From an uncultured Gammaproteobacteria bacterium (GTDB lineage: Bacteria; Pseudomonadota; Gammaproteobacteria; JACCXJ01): DNA of 64,000 nucleotides. Below the pieces are notes generated by a model, which saw nothing but the letters and a program-made list of their open reading frames with translations, searched no databases and was not told the DNA's origin. How positions within the stretch are numbered: position 1 is the first letter of the stretch; every line of letters starts with the position of its first letter. Below, piece after piece: positions 27,656 to 39,538 of this stretch. The stretch spans positions 288,001 through 352,000 of the forward strand of contig CAVXTM010000001.1 of the NCBI GenBank assembly GCA_963764725.1, read 5' to 3'. The position numbers and the translations under genes are program-made.

Positions 27656-30382
27656 TCATACAAGCTTTCCGTGGCACTGTTTATATTTCCGGCCGGAGCC
27701 ACACGGACACAGCGAGTTACGGCCAATCTTAGGATGCTGACGCGTGACTGGCGATTTCACCGTCGGCCCGGGCGAGGCAGCGTTTTGATCTCGATCCTCC
27801 AAAGAGCTCCCCGCTTCTGCATGGCTGTACTCGACCGGCGCGGCGCGCCGCCGCTGCCGCTCCACGGCTTCGACATCTTCTTCCGCACGCACCTGCACAC
27901 GCGAGACGATACCAATGACATCGCGTTTAATCTCTTCCAGCATTTGAGAGAACATCTGAAATGCCTCGCGTTTATATTCTTGTTTGGGGTTTTTCTGTGC
28001 GTAGCCTCGCAGATGGATCCCTTGCCGCAGATGATCCATCGCTGCGAGGTGCTCCTTCCAGTGTGCGTCCAAGACCTGTAACATCACCGCCTTTTCAAAA
28101 TGCCGCAGGACCTGCACTCCGGCAACAGCTTCTTTCTCCTCGTAAGCGCGTTCGATATCGCTTAGTATGTTCGCGCGTAAGGACTCTTCATCGAGCGATC
28201 CATCCTGTTCCAGCCAGCCCTTGATCTCCAGGCGCTGACCGAACTCGCTCTCCAGAGCATCCTCGAGACCTTGCAAATCCCACTGCTCATCCAAACTCTG
28301 CGGCGGTATGTAGGTATCGATCATGTTGTAAACGACGTCGTGTCGGATCCCCTGAATACTTTCCGAGATATCCTCGGCATTCATAAGCTCGTTGCGCTGC
28401 TCATAGACCACCTTGCGCTGATCATTGGCGACATCATCGTATTCTAGGAGTTGCTTTCTTATATCGAAGTTGTGTCCTTCGACTTTACGCTGGGCGTTTT
28501 CGATCGCTCGCGTGACCCAATGATGTTCGATCGCTTCGCCTTCTTGCATACCCAAGCGTTGCATGAGCCCGGCAACCCGATCGGAGGCAAAAATACGCAT
28601 GAGATTGTCTTTAAGCGACAGATAAAAGCGGCTCGATCCGGGATCGCCTTGCCGCCCGGAGCGGCCACGCAACTGGTTATCTATGCGCCTCGATTCATGC
28701 CGTTCAGTACCGATCACGTGAAGACCCCCTGCCGTTACGACCTGATCGTGCCTGCGTTGCCATTCGGCTTTCAAGCGCGCGACCGTGACCTCGTCCGGGT
28801 TCTCGATCGCTTTCATCTCTTCGTCTAGACCGCCGCCGAGCACGATATCCGTTCCGCGGCCCGCCATGTTGGTGGCGATCGTGATTGCTCCAGGCCTCCC
28901 CGCCTGGGCAATGATATGCGCCTCCTTCGCATGAAATTTTGCATTCAATACCTGGTGTTCCAAGCCTTCCGCCCGCAAGAGAGCGGACACAAACTCGGAG
29001 GTTTCGATCGATGCGGTCCCAACCAGCACCGGCTGGCCTCGAGCGTGACAATCTTTGATATCATCGACAATCGCCTTGAACTTATCTTCTTGAGGCAGGT
29101 AAACAAGATCTCCAAGATCGTTGCGAATCATGGGCTTGTGCGTTGGAATCACGATCACTTCCAGGCCATAAATCTGCTGGAATTCATACGCCTCGGTATC
29201 TGCCGTGCCGGTCATCCCCGAGAGCTTGTGGTAGAGCCGAAAGTAATTTTGAAAGGTAATCGAGGCAAGCGTCTGGTTTTCATTTTGGATCGCCACGCCC
29301 TCCTTGGCTTCGATCGCTTGATGCAATCCTTCTGACCAGCGTCTTCCCGGCATCGTACGTCCAGTAAACTCATCGACGATGACAATTTCATTATTTCGCA
29401 CGATATACTCGACGTCCTTGTGGAATAGAACATGTCCCCGCAGGGCCGAATGGATGTGGTGCATCAGTCCGATGTTGCCAGCACTGTACAAACTTTCACC
29501 CTCCTGCAATAAGCCTTCTTGCGCAAAAAGTTGCTCGACACGCTCATGTCCCTGCTCGGTCAAATAGGCTTGTTTTGCCTTCTCGTCCACCGTGTAATCG
29601 CCGGGACCGTTTTCTTCACGCTGCCTGGTAAGCTTGGGAATAAGTCTGTCCACCCTGACATAAAGGTCGCTACGATCTTCGGTAGGGCCGGAGATAATCA
29701 ATGGCGTGCGGGCTTCGTCGATCAGGATCGAATCGACTTCATCGACGATCGCGAAATTCAAGCCCCTTTGCACGCGGTCCGCCTTAGAGAAAGCCATGTT
29801 ATCGCGCAAGTAATCGAATCCGAATTCATTATTGGTTCCGTAGGTGATATCCGCGCCGTAGGCCGCCTGCCGCTCCGCTTGTGACAAGCCCGGGACAACA
29901 ACGCCGATGCTCATTCCCAGGAACTCGAATATTCTCCCCATCCACTGCGCATCGCGGCGGGCTAGATAGTCGTTTACGGTAACGATGTGCACACCATTTC
30001 CGGTTAACGCATTGAGGTAAGCGGCGAGCGTCGCGACGAGCGTCTTACCTTCGCCGGTGCGCATCTCGGCAATCTTACCCGCGTGCAGCGCCATCCCGCC
30101 AATAATCTGTACGTCGAAGTGCCGCATGTCGAGCACCCGCCTTCCGACCTCCCGGACCGCGGCAAACGCTTCCGGTAAGAGGTCGTCTAGCGCCTCGCCG
30201 TGGCCATACCGATCTCGAAGCTCCTGGGTCTTCGCCGCGAGTTGCGCGTCGTTCATTGCGACGCAAAACGATTCCAGTTCGTTGACTCGCGTCGCCGTCT
30301 TTGTCATCCGCTTCAGAAGCCGCTCGTTACGGCTCCCGAAAACGCGGCCTAAGAAACCACTGATGCTCAGGTTTGCACGCAT
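27656..30382 (-). CDS. secA: Preprotein translocase ATPase SecA
   Basis: [38 protein letters not shown]-terminal [14 protein letters not shown]. Confidence 0.99.
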   Translation of the reverse strand: MRANLSISGFLGRVFGSRNERLLKRMTKTATRVNELESFCVAMNDAQLAAKTQELRDRYGHGEALDDLLPEAFAAVREVGRRVLDMRHFDVQIIGGMALHAGKIAEMRTGEGKTLVATLAAYLNALTGNGVHIVTVNDYLARRDAQWMGRIFEFLGMSIGVVVPGLSQAERQAAYGADITYGTNNEFGFDYLRDNMAFSKADRVQRGLNFAIVDEVDSILIDEARTPLIISGPTEDRSDLYVRVDRLIPKLTRQREENGPGDYTVDEKAKQAYLTEQGHERVEQLFAQEGLLQEGESLYSAGNIGLMHHIHSALRGHVLFHKDVEYIVRNNEIVIVDEFTGRTMPGRRWSEGLHQAIEAKEGVAIQNENQTLASITFQNYFRLYHKLSGMTGTADTEAYEFQQIYGLEVIVIPTHKPMIRNDLGDLVYLPQEDKFKAIVDDIKDCHARGQPVLVGTASIETSEFVSALLRAEGLEHQVLNAKFHAKEAHIIAQAGRPGAITIATNMAGRGTDIVLGGGLDEEMKAIENPDEVTVARLKAEWQRRHDQVVTAGGLHVIGTERHESRRIDNQLRGRSGRQGDPGSSRFYLSLKDNLMRIFASDRVAGLMQRLGMQEGEAIEHHWVTRAIENAQRKVEGHNFDIRKQLLEYDDVANDQRKVVYEQRNELMNAEDISESIQGIRHDVVYNMIDTYIPPQSLDEQWDLQGLEDALESEFGQRLEIKGWLEQDGSLDEESLRANILSDIERAYEEKEAVAGVQVLRHFEKAVMLQVLDAHWKEHLAAMDHLRQGIHLRGYAQKNPKQEYKREAFQMFSQMLEEIKRDVIGIVSRVQVRAEEDVEAVERQRRRAAPVEYSHAEAGSSLEDRDQNAASPGPTVKSPVTRQHPKIGRNSLCPCGSGRKYKQCHGKLV

Positions 30383-30427
30383 AGGGATTGGAACTTGCCT
30401 AAAGTAAGAAATGCATTGAAAAGCAAC

Positions 30428-30436
30428 TGCTATAAT
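30428..30436 (+). promoter_or_regulatory. Putative extended -10 promoter (TGcTATAAT) for dciA
   Basis: Perfect TGn-TATAAT ~60 bp upstream of the DUF721 start in the secA/dciA divergent gap. Confidence 0.45.
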
Positions 30437-30494
30437 TGAAGCTAGTATGCGCCCACCGAAGACCAGATCGTGAACTGACTACGGACGCCCGACA

Positions 30495-30947
30495 GTGCCT
30501 CGCCAACCCCACCAAGCCATCGCCATTGGTAAGCTGCTCAATATTAATCCTTCCGGCCGGTGCGGGAAACTAGTCAACCATGCACGGCGCCTCGCCGCCT
30601 TAGAGGTTGCTCTGCTTAGCGTGTTGCCGCCCGAATGGAAACATCATTGCACGGTAGCCAATGTGCAGGACCAAACGCTCGTCGTAAGCACAACCTCGCC
30701 CGTTTGGGCAGCCCGCGTGCGGTTGATGGCGCCTCAACTCATGGAGCAATTAAAGGCACGATGCCCGAACGAGACCCTGCGCGCCTTCCATGTGAGAATC
30801 CACCCGCGGGTAGAAACAACGCACAAACCGAACGCTACACGTCCCGTTCTGTCATCAGGCAGCGCTGGCCTCTTGCTCTCTGTATCGAAACAGTGCTCGG
30901 ATCACGGTTTGGGACTCGCCTTAGAGCGCCTATCAAGAAACGGTTAA
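30495..30947 (+). CDS. DUF721/DciA-family protein
   Basis: Conserved position between lpxC and secA on the opposite strand; C.VAN....LV....SPVWAARVR. Confidence 0.78.
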   Translation: MPRQPHQAIAIGKLLNINPSGRCGKLVNHARRLAALEVALLSVLPPEWKHHCTVANVQDQTLVVSTTSPVWAARVRLMAPQLMEQLKARCPNETLRAFHVRIHPRVETTHKPNATRPVLSSGSAGLLLSVSKQCSDHGLGLALERLSRNG

Positions 30948-30963
30948 GTACCTTTAAAACCTC

Positions 30964-31875
30964 TTATACGGCCGGCGATGGACGCATGAAGTTGATCGGC
31001 AATTCCACTTCGTCCTTGAAACTAACGAGCTCCCACGCTGTTTTATCTCCCAACAACTTCCGAAGCAACCGATTGTTCAATGCATGTCCTGACTTGTGGC
31101 CATGAAATGCCCCGATAAGGCTGTGACCCAATAAGTAAAGATCCCCGATGGCGTCCAGAATCTTATGTTTTACAAACTCGTCTTCATAGCGCAGACCGTC
31201 TTCGTTTAGCACGCGGTAATCGTCAACGACGACGGCATTGCTGAGGTTCCCTCCCAACACCAAATTCATTTCGCGCAGCATCTCGACCTCCTTCAGGAAT
31301 CCAAAGGTGCGCGCGCGGCTGACTTCTTTTACGAACGAGGTGGTCGAAAAGTCGACCTCCGCGAACTTGCACGACTCGCGAAAAAATGGATGATCGAACT
31401 CGATGGAGAATGACACTTTAAAACCGTCGAAAGGCTCAAATTTTGCCCATTTATCCCCATCTTCGACCGCAAGCTTGCGTTTGATGCGAATAAACCGTTT
31501 CGAGGCGTTCTGTTCCTCAATACCGGAAGACTGTAGCAGAAAGACAAACGGCCCCGCGCTCCCGTCCATGATCGGAACCTCGGGCGCACTGACATCGACA
31601 TAGGCGTTATCGATACCGAGGCCGGCGAACGCAGACAGCAAGTGCTCCACGGTGGAAATACGCACCTCACCCCTGGCAAGGCTGGTCGATAGCTGGGTAT
31701 CGCCGACGTTCTCGGCGCGCGCCCGGATTTCCACCGGTGGATTGAGATCCGTGCGGCGAAAGATAATCCCAGAGTTTGCCGCGGCGGGGCGTAGTGTCAC
31801 TAAAACCTTCTTCCCGGTGTGTAAGCCTACCCCAGTGGCGCGAATGACATTTTTGAGAGTGCGTTGTTTTATCAT
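30964..31875 (-). CDS. lpxC: UDP-3-O-acyl-GlcNAc deacetylase
   Basis: [28 protein letters not shown]. Confidence 0.98.
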   Translation of the reverse strand: MIKQRTLKNVIRATGVGLHTGKKVLVTLRPAAANSGIIFRRTDLNPPVEIRARAENVGDTQLSTSLARGEVRISTVEHLLSAFAGLGIDNAYVDVSAPEVPIMDGSAGPFVFLLQSSGIEEQNASKRFIRIKRKLAVEDGDKWAKFEPFDGFKVSFSIEFDHPFFRESCKFAEVDFSTTSFVKEVSRARTFGFLKEVEMLREMNLVLGGNLSNAVVVDDYRVLNEDGLRYEDEFVKHKILDAIGDLYLLGHSLIGAFHGHKSGHALNNRLLRKLLGDKTAWELVSFKDEVELPINFMRPSPAV

Positions 31876-31959
31876 CTCCCCCTCGCTCCTCAATAGTTAT
31901 CGCAAGTCTAACATGCGTTACCGCAATGCAACAAAAATGCCCCCCGTGTCATGAAAGCC

Positions 31960-33099
31960 TTAATCCGCCTGCCGTCTTAAGAAGGCCGGTATGTCAAGAT
32001 AATTTGGGCTAGCCTTATCAAGAGTTACCAGATCTTTGTCTGCCTTGTTGCGGATGACCGTCGGGCGCTCGAGCGCCTTGTAATCGATCTCGGCGACGGG
32101 TTTAGATTTATTCAGGACCAACGGTTCCACGAGCGAGCGCGGCTCGTTGCCGATACCCGTGGCGACGACGGTCACGCGCACCTCATCGGTCATGGCCGCA
32201 TCGATCACGGTTCCCACCACCACCGTTGCGCTGTCGGATGCAAAGCCTTTAATGGTATTTCCAACTTCCTCGAACTCGCCCATCGTGAGCTCCGGTCCCG
32301 AGGTAATGTTTACTAAAATGCCCTTGGCGCCGGAGAGATTAACGTCTTCCAGCAGGGGACTCGCTATCGCAGATTCCGCCGCAACACGGGCGCGGTCGGG
32401 TCCCGTAGCCACGCCCGATCCCATCATCGCCATCCCCATCTCCGACATCACCGTGCGCACATCAGCGAAATCAACGTTAATGAGACCCGGGCAGGTGATC
32501 AGCTCGGCGATCCCTTGAACGGCCCCCAGTAATATGTCGTTAGCGCATCTAAAGGCGTTCAGCAAACTGATCTCCCTGCCGAGCACGGCGATTAGCTTCT
32601 CGTTCGGGATGGTGATCAGCGAATCGACGTATTGACTGAGGTGCCGGATCCCATCGGCGGCAATTTCGGCGCGCTTTTTACCTTCAAACACGAACGGTTT
32701 CGTCACCACGGCCACAGTGAGGATGCTCATCTCCTTGGCTACCTGCGCCGCGATTGGCGCCGCGCCCGTCCCGGTCCCGCCACCCATTCCGGTAGTGATG
32801 AACACCATGTCCGCGCCGTCCAAGACATCCATGAATCGATCGCGGTCCTCAAGCGCGGCTTGCCGTCCTTTCTCCGGATCGGCGCCCGCGCCGAGGCCCT
32901 TGGTGATATTGCTACCGAACTGGATGATGGTCTTGGCCGAGCAGTTTTTCAACGCCTGAGCATCCGTATTTGCACAGACAAATTCCACCCCGTCGATTTT
33001 GGCGCCCAGCATGTGCTGAACCGCGTTGCCGCCACCCCCGCCGATCCCCAACACCTTAATTACCGCACTCTGAGTATAGGTATCCATTAATTCAAACAT
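31960..33099 (-). CDS. ftsZ: Cell division protein FtsZ
   Basis: GGGGGNA, GGGTGTG, INVDFAD, LDIPAFLRRQAD; GGAGG RBS before ATG 33099. Confidence 0.99.
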   Translation of the reverse strand: MFELMDTYTQSAVIKVLGIGGGGGNAVQHMLGAKIDGVEFVCANTDAQALKNCSAKTIIQFGSNITKGLGAGADPEKGRQAALEDRDRFMDVLDGADMVFITTGMGGGTGTGAAPIAAQVAKEMSILTVAVVTKPFVFEGKKRAEIAADGIRHLSQYVDSLITIPNEKLIAVLGREISLLNAFRCANDILLGAVQGIAELITCPGLINVDFADVRTVMSEMGMAMMGSGVATGPDRARVAAESAIASPLLEDVNLSGAKGILVNITSGPELTMGEFEEVGNTIKGFASDSATVVVGTVIDAAMTDEVRVTVVATGIGNEPRSLVEPLVLNKSKPVAEIDYKALERPTVIRNKADKDLVTLDKASPNYLDIPAFLRRQAD

Positions 33100-33149
33100 T
33101 GCCTGACCTCCGCTCGTTGTAGTACCTGCATGCCATCCCGCCGTTAAAG

Positions 33150-34382
33150 CTAGAAATGTCCCTGAAACCAAATTTTCATCCGCTCCCAAACCCCGGAAAA
33201 ACCGCCCTCAACGCGCGAGGGCCTAGAACCGCTTTGTGCGCTATCGCGTCCAAACAACAACAGACCCACGCCTGTCGAATAAACAGGGTTTCTAACCACG
33301 TCCACCAATCCGGTCACATTCTGAGGCACGCCCAAACGCACCTGCCGGTGAAATACTTCTTCGGCCAACTCGATGGCCCCTTCCATCTTCGAGCTACCGC
33401 CGGTAAGCACGATGCCCGCGGCCATCATCTCTTCGTAACCGCTGCGCTTGAGCTCCGCTTGTATCAGCGAAAACAGCTCTTCAAAGCGAGGCTCAACGAC
33501 CTCCGCCAGCGTTTGCCGCATAAGCCGCCTGGGAGCCCGATCGCCGACGCTTGGAACCTCTATGGTCTCTTCGGGGCTCGCAAGCTGCGTCAGTGCGCAC
33601 GCGTATTTGATCTTAATCTCTTCCGCATTATGGGTAGGCGTCCTCAGGGCCACGGCGATGTCATTGGTCACCTGATCGCCCGCGATAGGAATGACCGCCG
33701 TATGCTGAATGGCACCATCGATGTAGACGGCGATATCGGTCGTTCCACCTCCGATATCGCCCACGCACACCCCGAGGTCCTTTTCATCTTCGGTCAGCAC
33801 GGCTTGGGCTGAAGCGAGCTGTTGCAGAATCATGTCATCGACTTCCAACCCGCACCGCTTCACACATTTGATGATGTTCTGGGCGGCGCTTACCGCACCG
33901 GTCACCACGTGCACCTTAGCCTCCAGCCGCACCCCCGACATGCCGATGGGTTCACGGATCCCTTCCTGACTGTCGATGACGAATTCTTGGGGCAAGACGT
34001 GAAGGATTTTCTGATCGGCGGGAATGGCGACCGCACGCGCCGCATCGATAACGCGCTCGACATCGCTATGCGTCACTTCGCTATCCCGGATCGCGACGAT
34101 GCCGTGCGAGTTCAAACTGCGTATGTGACTACCCGCAATACCGGCATACACCGACCGAATCTCGCACCCGGCCATTAACTCGGCTTCTTCGATGGCTCGC
34201 TGTATCGACTGAACAGTGGATTCAATGTTGACGACCACGCCCTTCTTTAGCCCACGGGACGGATTCGAGCCGACACCGATGACTTCCACGGTTCCGTCCA
34301 AGGCTATTTCACCGACGATCGCAACCACCTTTGAGGTGCCAATATCGAGCCCCACGATTAGGCTCTTGTCAGACCTTTTCAC
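33150..34382 (-). CDS. ftsA: Cell division protein FtsA
   Basis: GLDIGTSK, DIGGGTTD, VLTGG, amphipathic C-terminus. Confidence 0.98.
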   Translation of the reverse strand: MKRSDKSLIVGLDIGTSKVVAIVGEIALDGTVEVIGVGSNPSRGLKKGVVVNIESTVQSIQRAIEEAELMAGCEIRSVYAGIAGSHIRSLNSHGIVAIRDSEVTHSDVERVIDAARAVAIPADQKILHVLPQEFVIDSQEGIREPIGMSGVRLEAKVHVVTGAVSAAQNIIKCVKRCGLEVDDMILQQLASAQAVLTEDEKDLGVCVGDIGGGTTDIAVYIDGAIQHTAVIPIAGDQVTNDIAVALRTPTHNAEEIKIKYACALTQLASPEETIEVPSVGDRAPRRLMRQTLAEVVEPRFEELFSLIQAELKRSGYEEMMAAGIVLTGGSSKMEGAIELAEEVFHRQVRLGVPQNVTGLVDVVRNPVYSTGVGLLLFGRDSAQSGSRPSRVEGGFSGVWERMKIWFQGHF

Positions 34383-35151
34383 CTAGCGACTCCCTTAAAC
34401 CGGCGCCTTTGCCCATGCGTACGGCGAAGCCATTCGTGTAACGTAGATCGACCCGCGCCACAGCTACGCTCGCGCCGCCAATCGCCTTTGGATAGTATTC
34501 GATGAAACGGCTGACCCGCCGATCGAACTCGGACTTGCCCACGATTACGAGTGGACCGCCCCGCACTTCGAAGCTCCAGGAGCGCCGCGGGCTTAGCTTT
34601 AAGCTCACCACCTCGAGCCCGATCTCAATCATACAACGCTGTAGATTGCGGAACTTGGTGAGCACTTGAACTTCCGTGGCGTTGGGGCCCATGAGCTTAG
34701 GAAGCCCGAGCGGATGGGTATGTTGAGGCGGATGAAACAAAACGCCGTCGTTACTCAGCAGACCCTTATCTCCCCAACGAGCGACAGGCCGCTGCTCACG
34801 CACGGTGACCTTGAGACCATCGGGCCAGACCCGCCCCACCGATACGCCTTTGATCCACGGATTACGGCTGAGATCATCTTGTATTTCCTTGACACCTACC
34901 GTAAAGAAACCAGCGTACACTTCCTGAGCGATTAGCGCTCGGAGATCGCCTGGTTTGATGTGACGAAACTCGCCTTCGATAAACACCTCGCGAATGGGCA
35001 TCGCGGCCGGATCGGTGATCCGCGTCACCGCCCATGCCACCAGCGCGGTCAGATCCACGACCACAAAAACGGTGACCAATACTATCCAACGATAGTTGTT
35101 GCAGCAAACCGGGGTTCTTGCAATACGCCGATTTCGCCGCTGCCGCTTCAT
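34369..35151 (-). CDS. ftsQ: Cell division protein FtsQ
   Basis: Single TM, POTRA domain (PWI..VSVGRVWPD), VDLRYTNGFAV. Confidence 0.93.
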   Translation of the reverse strand: MKRQRRNRRIARTPVCCNNYRWIVLVTVFVVVDLTALVAWAVTRITDPAAMPIREVFIEGEFRHIKPGDLRALIAQEVYAGFFTVGVKEIQDDLSRNPWIKGVSVGRVWPDGLKVTVREQRPVARWGDKGLLSNDGVLFHPPQHTHPLGLPKLMGPNATEVQVLTKFRNLQRCMIEIGLEVVSLKLSPRRSWSFEVRGGPLVIVGKSEFDRRVSRFIEYYPKAIGGASVAVARVDLRYTNGFAVRMGKGAGLRESLGEKV

Positions 35152-36095
35152 GCCACAACCCCGTTTTTGGGATCCTTGGCGATCCGCGTTAAGCGCGCCG
35201 TTTGCAGTATCTTCATCACCAGCTCGTCAAATGATATGCCGGCCGACTTCGCGGCCATCGGGACCAGGCTATGGCTCGTCATCCCGGGCACCGTGTTCAC
35301 TTCGATAAGCCACGGCCGGTCCGCACGATCAACCAGCATGTCAACGCGCCCCCAGCCGCGTGCACCCAAGGTCTGAAAGGCATGCACCGCCAACGCTTGA
35401 TACTCGCGCTCCCGCTCCACGGGAAGCTCCGCCGGGCAAATATAGCGGGTGCGATCGTCGTGATACTTCGCCTCGTAATCGTAGAATAACCTCGGCGTCT
35501 CCAACCGAATCATCGGCAGGGCTTCTTCGTGCAGCACGGCAACGGTATATTCGCACCCCGTGATCCAGCGCTCCGCGATGATGCTCTCATCAAACTGGGC
35601 GGCGGATTTCCAAGCCGCGCTTAGGCCTTCCGGATCGTCCACCTTGCTCGCGCCGATACTCGAACCCTCGCACGCGGGTTTCACCATGATGGGCAATCCC
35701 AACGCGGAGACGACAGCCTGCGCATCAGGATCCTCTTTCATCTCGACGAAAGGCGGCGTCGGCAAACCGCCGCCGATCCACACCCGTTTGGCTTTGACCT
35801 TGTCCATCGCCAACGCCGAGCCCAACACGCCGCTTCCCGTGTATGGGATCCGCAAGGTCTCGAGGGCGCCTTGGATCTGTCCGTCCTCGCCACCCCGGCC
35901 ATGCAGGGCGATAAAAGCGCAGTCATAGCCGCCGCTTCGCAATCGCTCCAACACTTGCGTGTCGAGATCAACAGGCGCCGCATTCACCCCCTTGCGCTTG
36001 AGTGCCGCGAGGACCGCATTACCGCTCTCGAGCGAAATCACACGCTCCGCCGACTGACCGCCCATGAGCACCGCCACGTTCGTGAACTTACTCAT
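35148..36095 (-). CDS. ddl: D-alanine--D-alanine ligase
   Basis: GGQSAER, LHGRGGEDG, EGSSIG, EVNTVPGMT. Confidence 0.97.
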   Translation of the reverse strand: MSKFTNVAVLMGGQSAERVISLESGNAVLAALKRKGVNAAPVDLDTQVLERLRSGGYDCAFIALHGRGGEDGQIQGALETLRIPYTGSGVLGSALAMDKVKAKRVWIGGGLPTPPFVEMKEDPDAQAVVSALGLPIMVKPACEGSSIGASKVDDPEGLSAAWKSAAQFDESIIAERWITGCEYTVAVLHEEALPMIRLETPRLFYDYEAKYHDDRTRYICPAELPVEREREYQALAVHAFQTLGARGWGRVDMLVDRADRPWLIEVNTVPGMTSHSLVPMAAKSAGISFDELVMKILQTARLTRIAKDPKNGVVA

Positions 36096-37051
36096 GCGCC
36101 CTCGCTACAGGCGGACCGCGTAGGTTCGCCCACGATCTTGACCTCCGGCGCCAGCCGTACGGCATGCACCGACTCCACCGTCGCTTGAATCTTCTCAATC
36201 AGGGCTTCGATGTCGGTGGCGGTTGCCTTCCCGAGGTTTACTATGAAATTAGCATGCTTTTCCGAGACACGGGCCTCGCCCACGGACAAGCCTTTCAGTC
36301 CGCTTGCTTCGATCAGGCGAGCCGCGTGATCCCCGGGGGGATTGCTAAATACCGAACCGCAACTGCGCTCGTGGATCGGCTGCGCAGCCGCCCGCCGCAT
36401 CATGAGGGACTTGATGCGTTGCATACCGCGACGCTCTGGATCCGGCATCAGAGCCAGTTCGGCGCCTAGGAACCATTCATCTTCTTGTAGACCGCCAAGG
36501 TGGCGGTAACCCGGAACGAACTCCTGCCGTTCGCGCGTCCGTCGGACGCCTTCACGGTCCACGGTTTCAACGCTTCCTACGAGATCCCACGTCTGTCCGC
36601 CGTAGGCGCCGGCATTCATCGCGAGAGCCCCCCCCAGGGTTCCGGGAACACCCGCTAAAAACTCCCCGCCCCTGCAACCGGCTCTAGCGGCAAAGCGAGC
36701 CACCTTCGCGCACGCGACTCCACATCCGGCCCATAAGGTATGTTCACGGATTATTTCTAGTTTGTCGAAAACGCCCACTGTACAAATCACAGTGCCGCGG
36801 ATCCCGCCCTCGCGCACCAGCACGTTACTTCCGAGACCCACCCACAAGACCTGTTCTGCCCGCGGGAGCCGGCGGATAAAGGCTACGAGATCGTCAACAT
36901 CGGCGGGAACGTAGAACCGATCCGCGGGTCCACCGACGCGCCACGAGGTATGATCGGACATGGGCTCCGCATAGCGTAGTTCGCCTCGCAAGGGCGGGTG
37001 ACATTCCCCTTTCGAGATCCCCAGGGAAGGCGCGTGCGGTTGCGTTAACAT
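36092..37051 (-). CDS. murB: UDP-N-acetylenolpyruvoylglucosamine reductase
   Basis: HTSWRVGGPA, GLGSNVL, MNAGAYG, CGSVFSNP, KHANF; start reassigned to ATG 37051. Confidence 0.96.
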   Translation of the reverse strand: MLTQPHAPSLGISKGECHPPLRGELRYAEPMSDHTSWRVGGPADRFYVPADVDDLVAFIRRLPRAEQVLWVGLGSNVLVREGGIRGTVICTVGVFDKLEIIREHTLWAGCGVACAKVARFAARAGCRGGEFLAGVPGTLGGALAMNAGAYGGQTWDLVGSVETVDREGVRRTRERQEFVPGYRHLGGLQEDEWFLGAELALMPDPERRGMQRIKSLMMRRAAAQPIHERSCGSVFSNPPGDHAARLIEASGLKGLSVGEARVSEKHANFIVNLGKATATDIEALIEKIQATVESVHAVRLAPEVKIVGEPTRSACSEGA

Positions 37052-38478
37052 ACGGCCGCCAATTCTTGCCCGGCGCCGTAAAAACGCCATAGTTGTGGCG
37101 CAGTGGCACCGACATTGCCGGCGCCGAGTATTAGCAGGATGCAGCCGTCGCTGACCATCCGGGGTAACTCGGCGGCTAGTTCCGAGGGTTGACCGAGCAA
37201 CAGAGCATCGGGGCCGCCGCGGCGCTGTATGGCGAGACACAGGGCGCGGCTGTCGGCGCTTGCGACGTAGGTTTCACCTGCCGCATAGGTCTCGAACAAG
37301 ACTAACGTATCCGCGGACGATAGAACCTCGACGAAATCCTGGAACAAGTCCTCGGTACGCGTGTAGCGATGGGGCTGGAAAGCGACGACCAGTCTCCGAT
37401 CGGGCCAGCCCGCCCGCACCGCCGCCAAGGTCGCGGCGATCTCGCGTGGATGATGACCGTAGTCATCGATCAAAAGCACGCGCGCCGCTCCGATCCGGAT
37501 CTCACCGAACAATTGCGAACGCCGGGCAATGCCCTCAAAGCGCTCCAGGCCTGCTTTGATCACCTCATCAGCGATGTTGAGCTCGCGCGCGACAGCGATC
37601 GCCGCGAGCGCGTTCAGGACATTATGTGCTCCCGGTAAATTGAGCGTGACGTCCATCGAGTTACCCTCCAAAGAGGTGACTCGAAAGCGCGTGGTGCCGC
37701 GTTCTTGCCACAGCACCTCCGCGCGTATATCCGCTTGCGTGTCGATCCCGTAGGTCAGCAATGGCCGCGACACGCACCCTAGAATGTCCCGAATGACCGG
37801 GTCGTCCATGCATACGACGGCCAACCCGTAGAAGGGCAGGTGATGCAAGAACTCTAAAAAGGCCTCGCGCAGACGGGAAAAATCATTGTGATAGCTGCCC
37901 AGGTGATCGGCGTCGATATTGGTCAGGACCGCGATCACGGGTTTGAGATACAGAAACGAGGTGTCGCTCTCATCGGCTTCGGCGACGAGGTATTTACCGC
38001 TCCCGAGCCGTGCGTGGCTCGCCACGCTATTCAGCCGCCCGCCGATCACGAAAGTGGGATCGAGACTGGCCCTCGCCAATAGACTCGCGATGAGGCTCGT
38101 GGTTGTCGTTTTTCCGTGGGTGCCCGCGACCGCGATCCCGTAACGAAAACGCATGAGCTCAGCCAGCATCTCCGCGCGCGGCACGACCGGTATTCTACTT
38201 TCCCGCGCCGCGAGGACCTCGACGTTATCGGCGCCGACGGCGCTCGATACGACCAGGACGTCCGCCTCCGCCATACTTTCCGCGCGGTGCCCCAAGACGA
38301 TACGGATACCCAGCCGTTTCAGGCGTTCGGTGCTGGCGTTATCGTGGAGATCGGAACCGGAAACGCGGTAGCCGAGGTTGTGGAGAACCTCGGCGATCCC
38401 GCTCATGCCGGCCCCGCCGATGCCTACAAAGTGAATCGTCTTTACCCGGCGCATCGTCGAGGTTTCGCTTTCAACCAC
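37045..38478 (-). CDS. murC: UDP-N-acetylmuramate--L-alanine ligase
   Basis: GIGGAGMSG, GTHGKTTT, EADESD, DDYGHHP, FQPHRYTR; GTG 38478 after GGAGG. Confidence 0.97.
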   Translation of the reverse strand: MVESETSTMRRVKTIHFVGIGGAGMSGIAEVLHNLGYRVSGSDLHDNASTERLKRLGIRIVLGHRAESMAEADVLVVSSAVGADNVEVLAARESRIPVVPRAEMLAELMRFRYGIAVAGTHGKTTTTSLIASLLARASLDPTFVIGGRLNSVASHARLGSGKYLVAEADESDTSFLYLKPVIAVLTNIDADHLGSYHNDFSRLREAFLEFLHHLPFYGLAVVCMDDPVIRDILGCVSRPLLTYGIDTQADIRAEVLWQERGTTRFRVTSLEGNSMDVTLNLPGAHNVLNALAAIAVARELNIADEVIKAGLERFEGIARRSQLFGEIRIGAARVLLIDDYGHHPREIAATLAAVRAGWPDRRLVVAFQPHRYTRTEDLFQDFVEVLSSADTLVLFETYAAGETYVASADSRALCLAIQRRGGPDALLLGQPSELAAELPRMVSDGCILLILGAGNVGATAPQLWRFYGAGQELAAVC

Positions 38479-39538
38479 GCGCCACCTCCACACACACGCC
38501 AACGATCCGCGCGGTGGCATTTAACGCGGCGATTTCGTGCACCCGATCCGCCATGATTTGCAAGCGTTCAGGGGCTTCTTCCAGTGTCCTCAACGTTTCC
38601 GCCAAGCACCCTTCATTGAATTGCGGCTGTGGTATGAGTATTGCCGCGCCGCGATCGGCCAAGAAACGCGCGTTCGCGGTTTGGTGATCGTCCACGGCCG
38701 ATGGATAAGGAACCAAAATCGCCGGGACGGACGCGGCGGCAAGCTCGAACAGCGTGGAGGCGCCGGCACGGCAAATCGCGATGTCCGTCCATCCATAGGC
38801 TGCGGCCATGTCGTCAATGAATACATCGACTTTGGCCCGCACCCCGAGGGCCGTGTAGCGCTGCCCCGTGGCGCCCTGATCGGAGGCCCCAACCTGATGC
38901 CATATCCGTACGGCCGAGGATCCCAGACGCGCGACGGCCTCGGGTACGACGCGGTTGAAAACCAAGGCGCCCTGACTACCGCCGAGGATCAAAATCCGCA
39001 ATTCCGTCTGAGCGTGCGCCACGCGGCTAACGCTCAATACCTCGCGGCGCACCGGATTGCCCGTATGAACCGCGGCTCTGACGCGCGCGAAGGTGCCGGG
39101 GAAAGACTCCAGGACTCGGGTAGCCAAGGGCGACAATAAGCGGTTCGTGAGGCCCGCCACCGCGTTCTGCTCATGGATGATCAGCGGGATCCGCAAAAGC
39201 CAGGCGGCGATGCCTCCGGGCCCGCTTGTGAATCCGCCCATACCCACGACAGCCGCGGGCCGCCGGCGTACCAAGAGCACGAGACACTGGAGCAGCGCGA
39301 ACGCGATCTGCAACGGTGCGATGAGCTGCTTGATGAGCGCCTTGCCCCGGAACCCGGATACGGCGATGGTAATGAGATCGAAACCCGCCTTAGGCACAAT
39401 GGTCGCTTCCAGCCCGCCTCGGGTCCCAAGCCAGATCAGGGGCACGCCCAACTCGCGCAGCCGTTCGGCGACCGCGAGGGCGGGGAAAATATGTCCGCCC
39501 GTACCGCCGGCCATCATCAGCACCGGTCTACCCGCCAT
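38471..39538 (-). CDS. murG: Lipid II GlcNAc transferase
   Basis: GGTGGHIFP, HEQN, GNPVR, GGSQGA, DDHQTANA. Confidence 0.97.
   Translation of the reverse strand: MAGRPVLMMAGGTGGHIFPALAVAERLRELGVPLIWLGTRGGLEATIVPKAGFDLITIAVSGFRGKALIKQLIAPLQIAFALLQCLVLLVRRRPAAVVGMGGFTSGPGGIAAWLLRIPLIIHEQNAVAGLTNRLLSPLATRVLESFPGTFARVRAAVHTGNPVRREVLSVSRVAHAQTELRILILGGSQGALVFNRVVPEAVARLGSSAVRIWHQVGASDQGATGQRYTALGVRAKVDVFIDDMAAAYGWTDIAICRAGASTLFELAAASVPAILVPYPSAVDDHQTANARFLADRGAAILIPQPQFNEGCLAETLRTLEEAPERLQIMADRVHEIAALNATARIVGVCVEVARG

Noticed and set aside
26889-27740. 283-aa plus-strand ORF opposite argJ, and similar long antisense ORFs opposite murD (41219-42034), hisD (59793-60518) and ftsA (33156-33812)
   Set aside because: Shadow frames of GC-rich conserved genes; no recognisable motifs.
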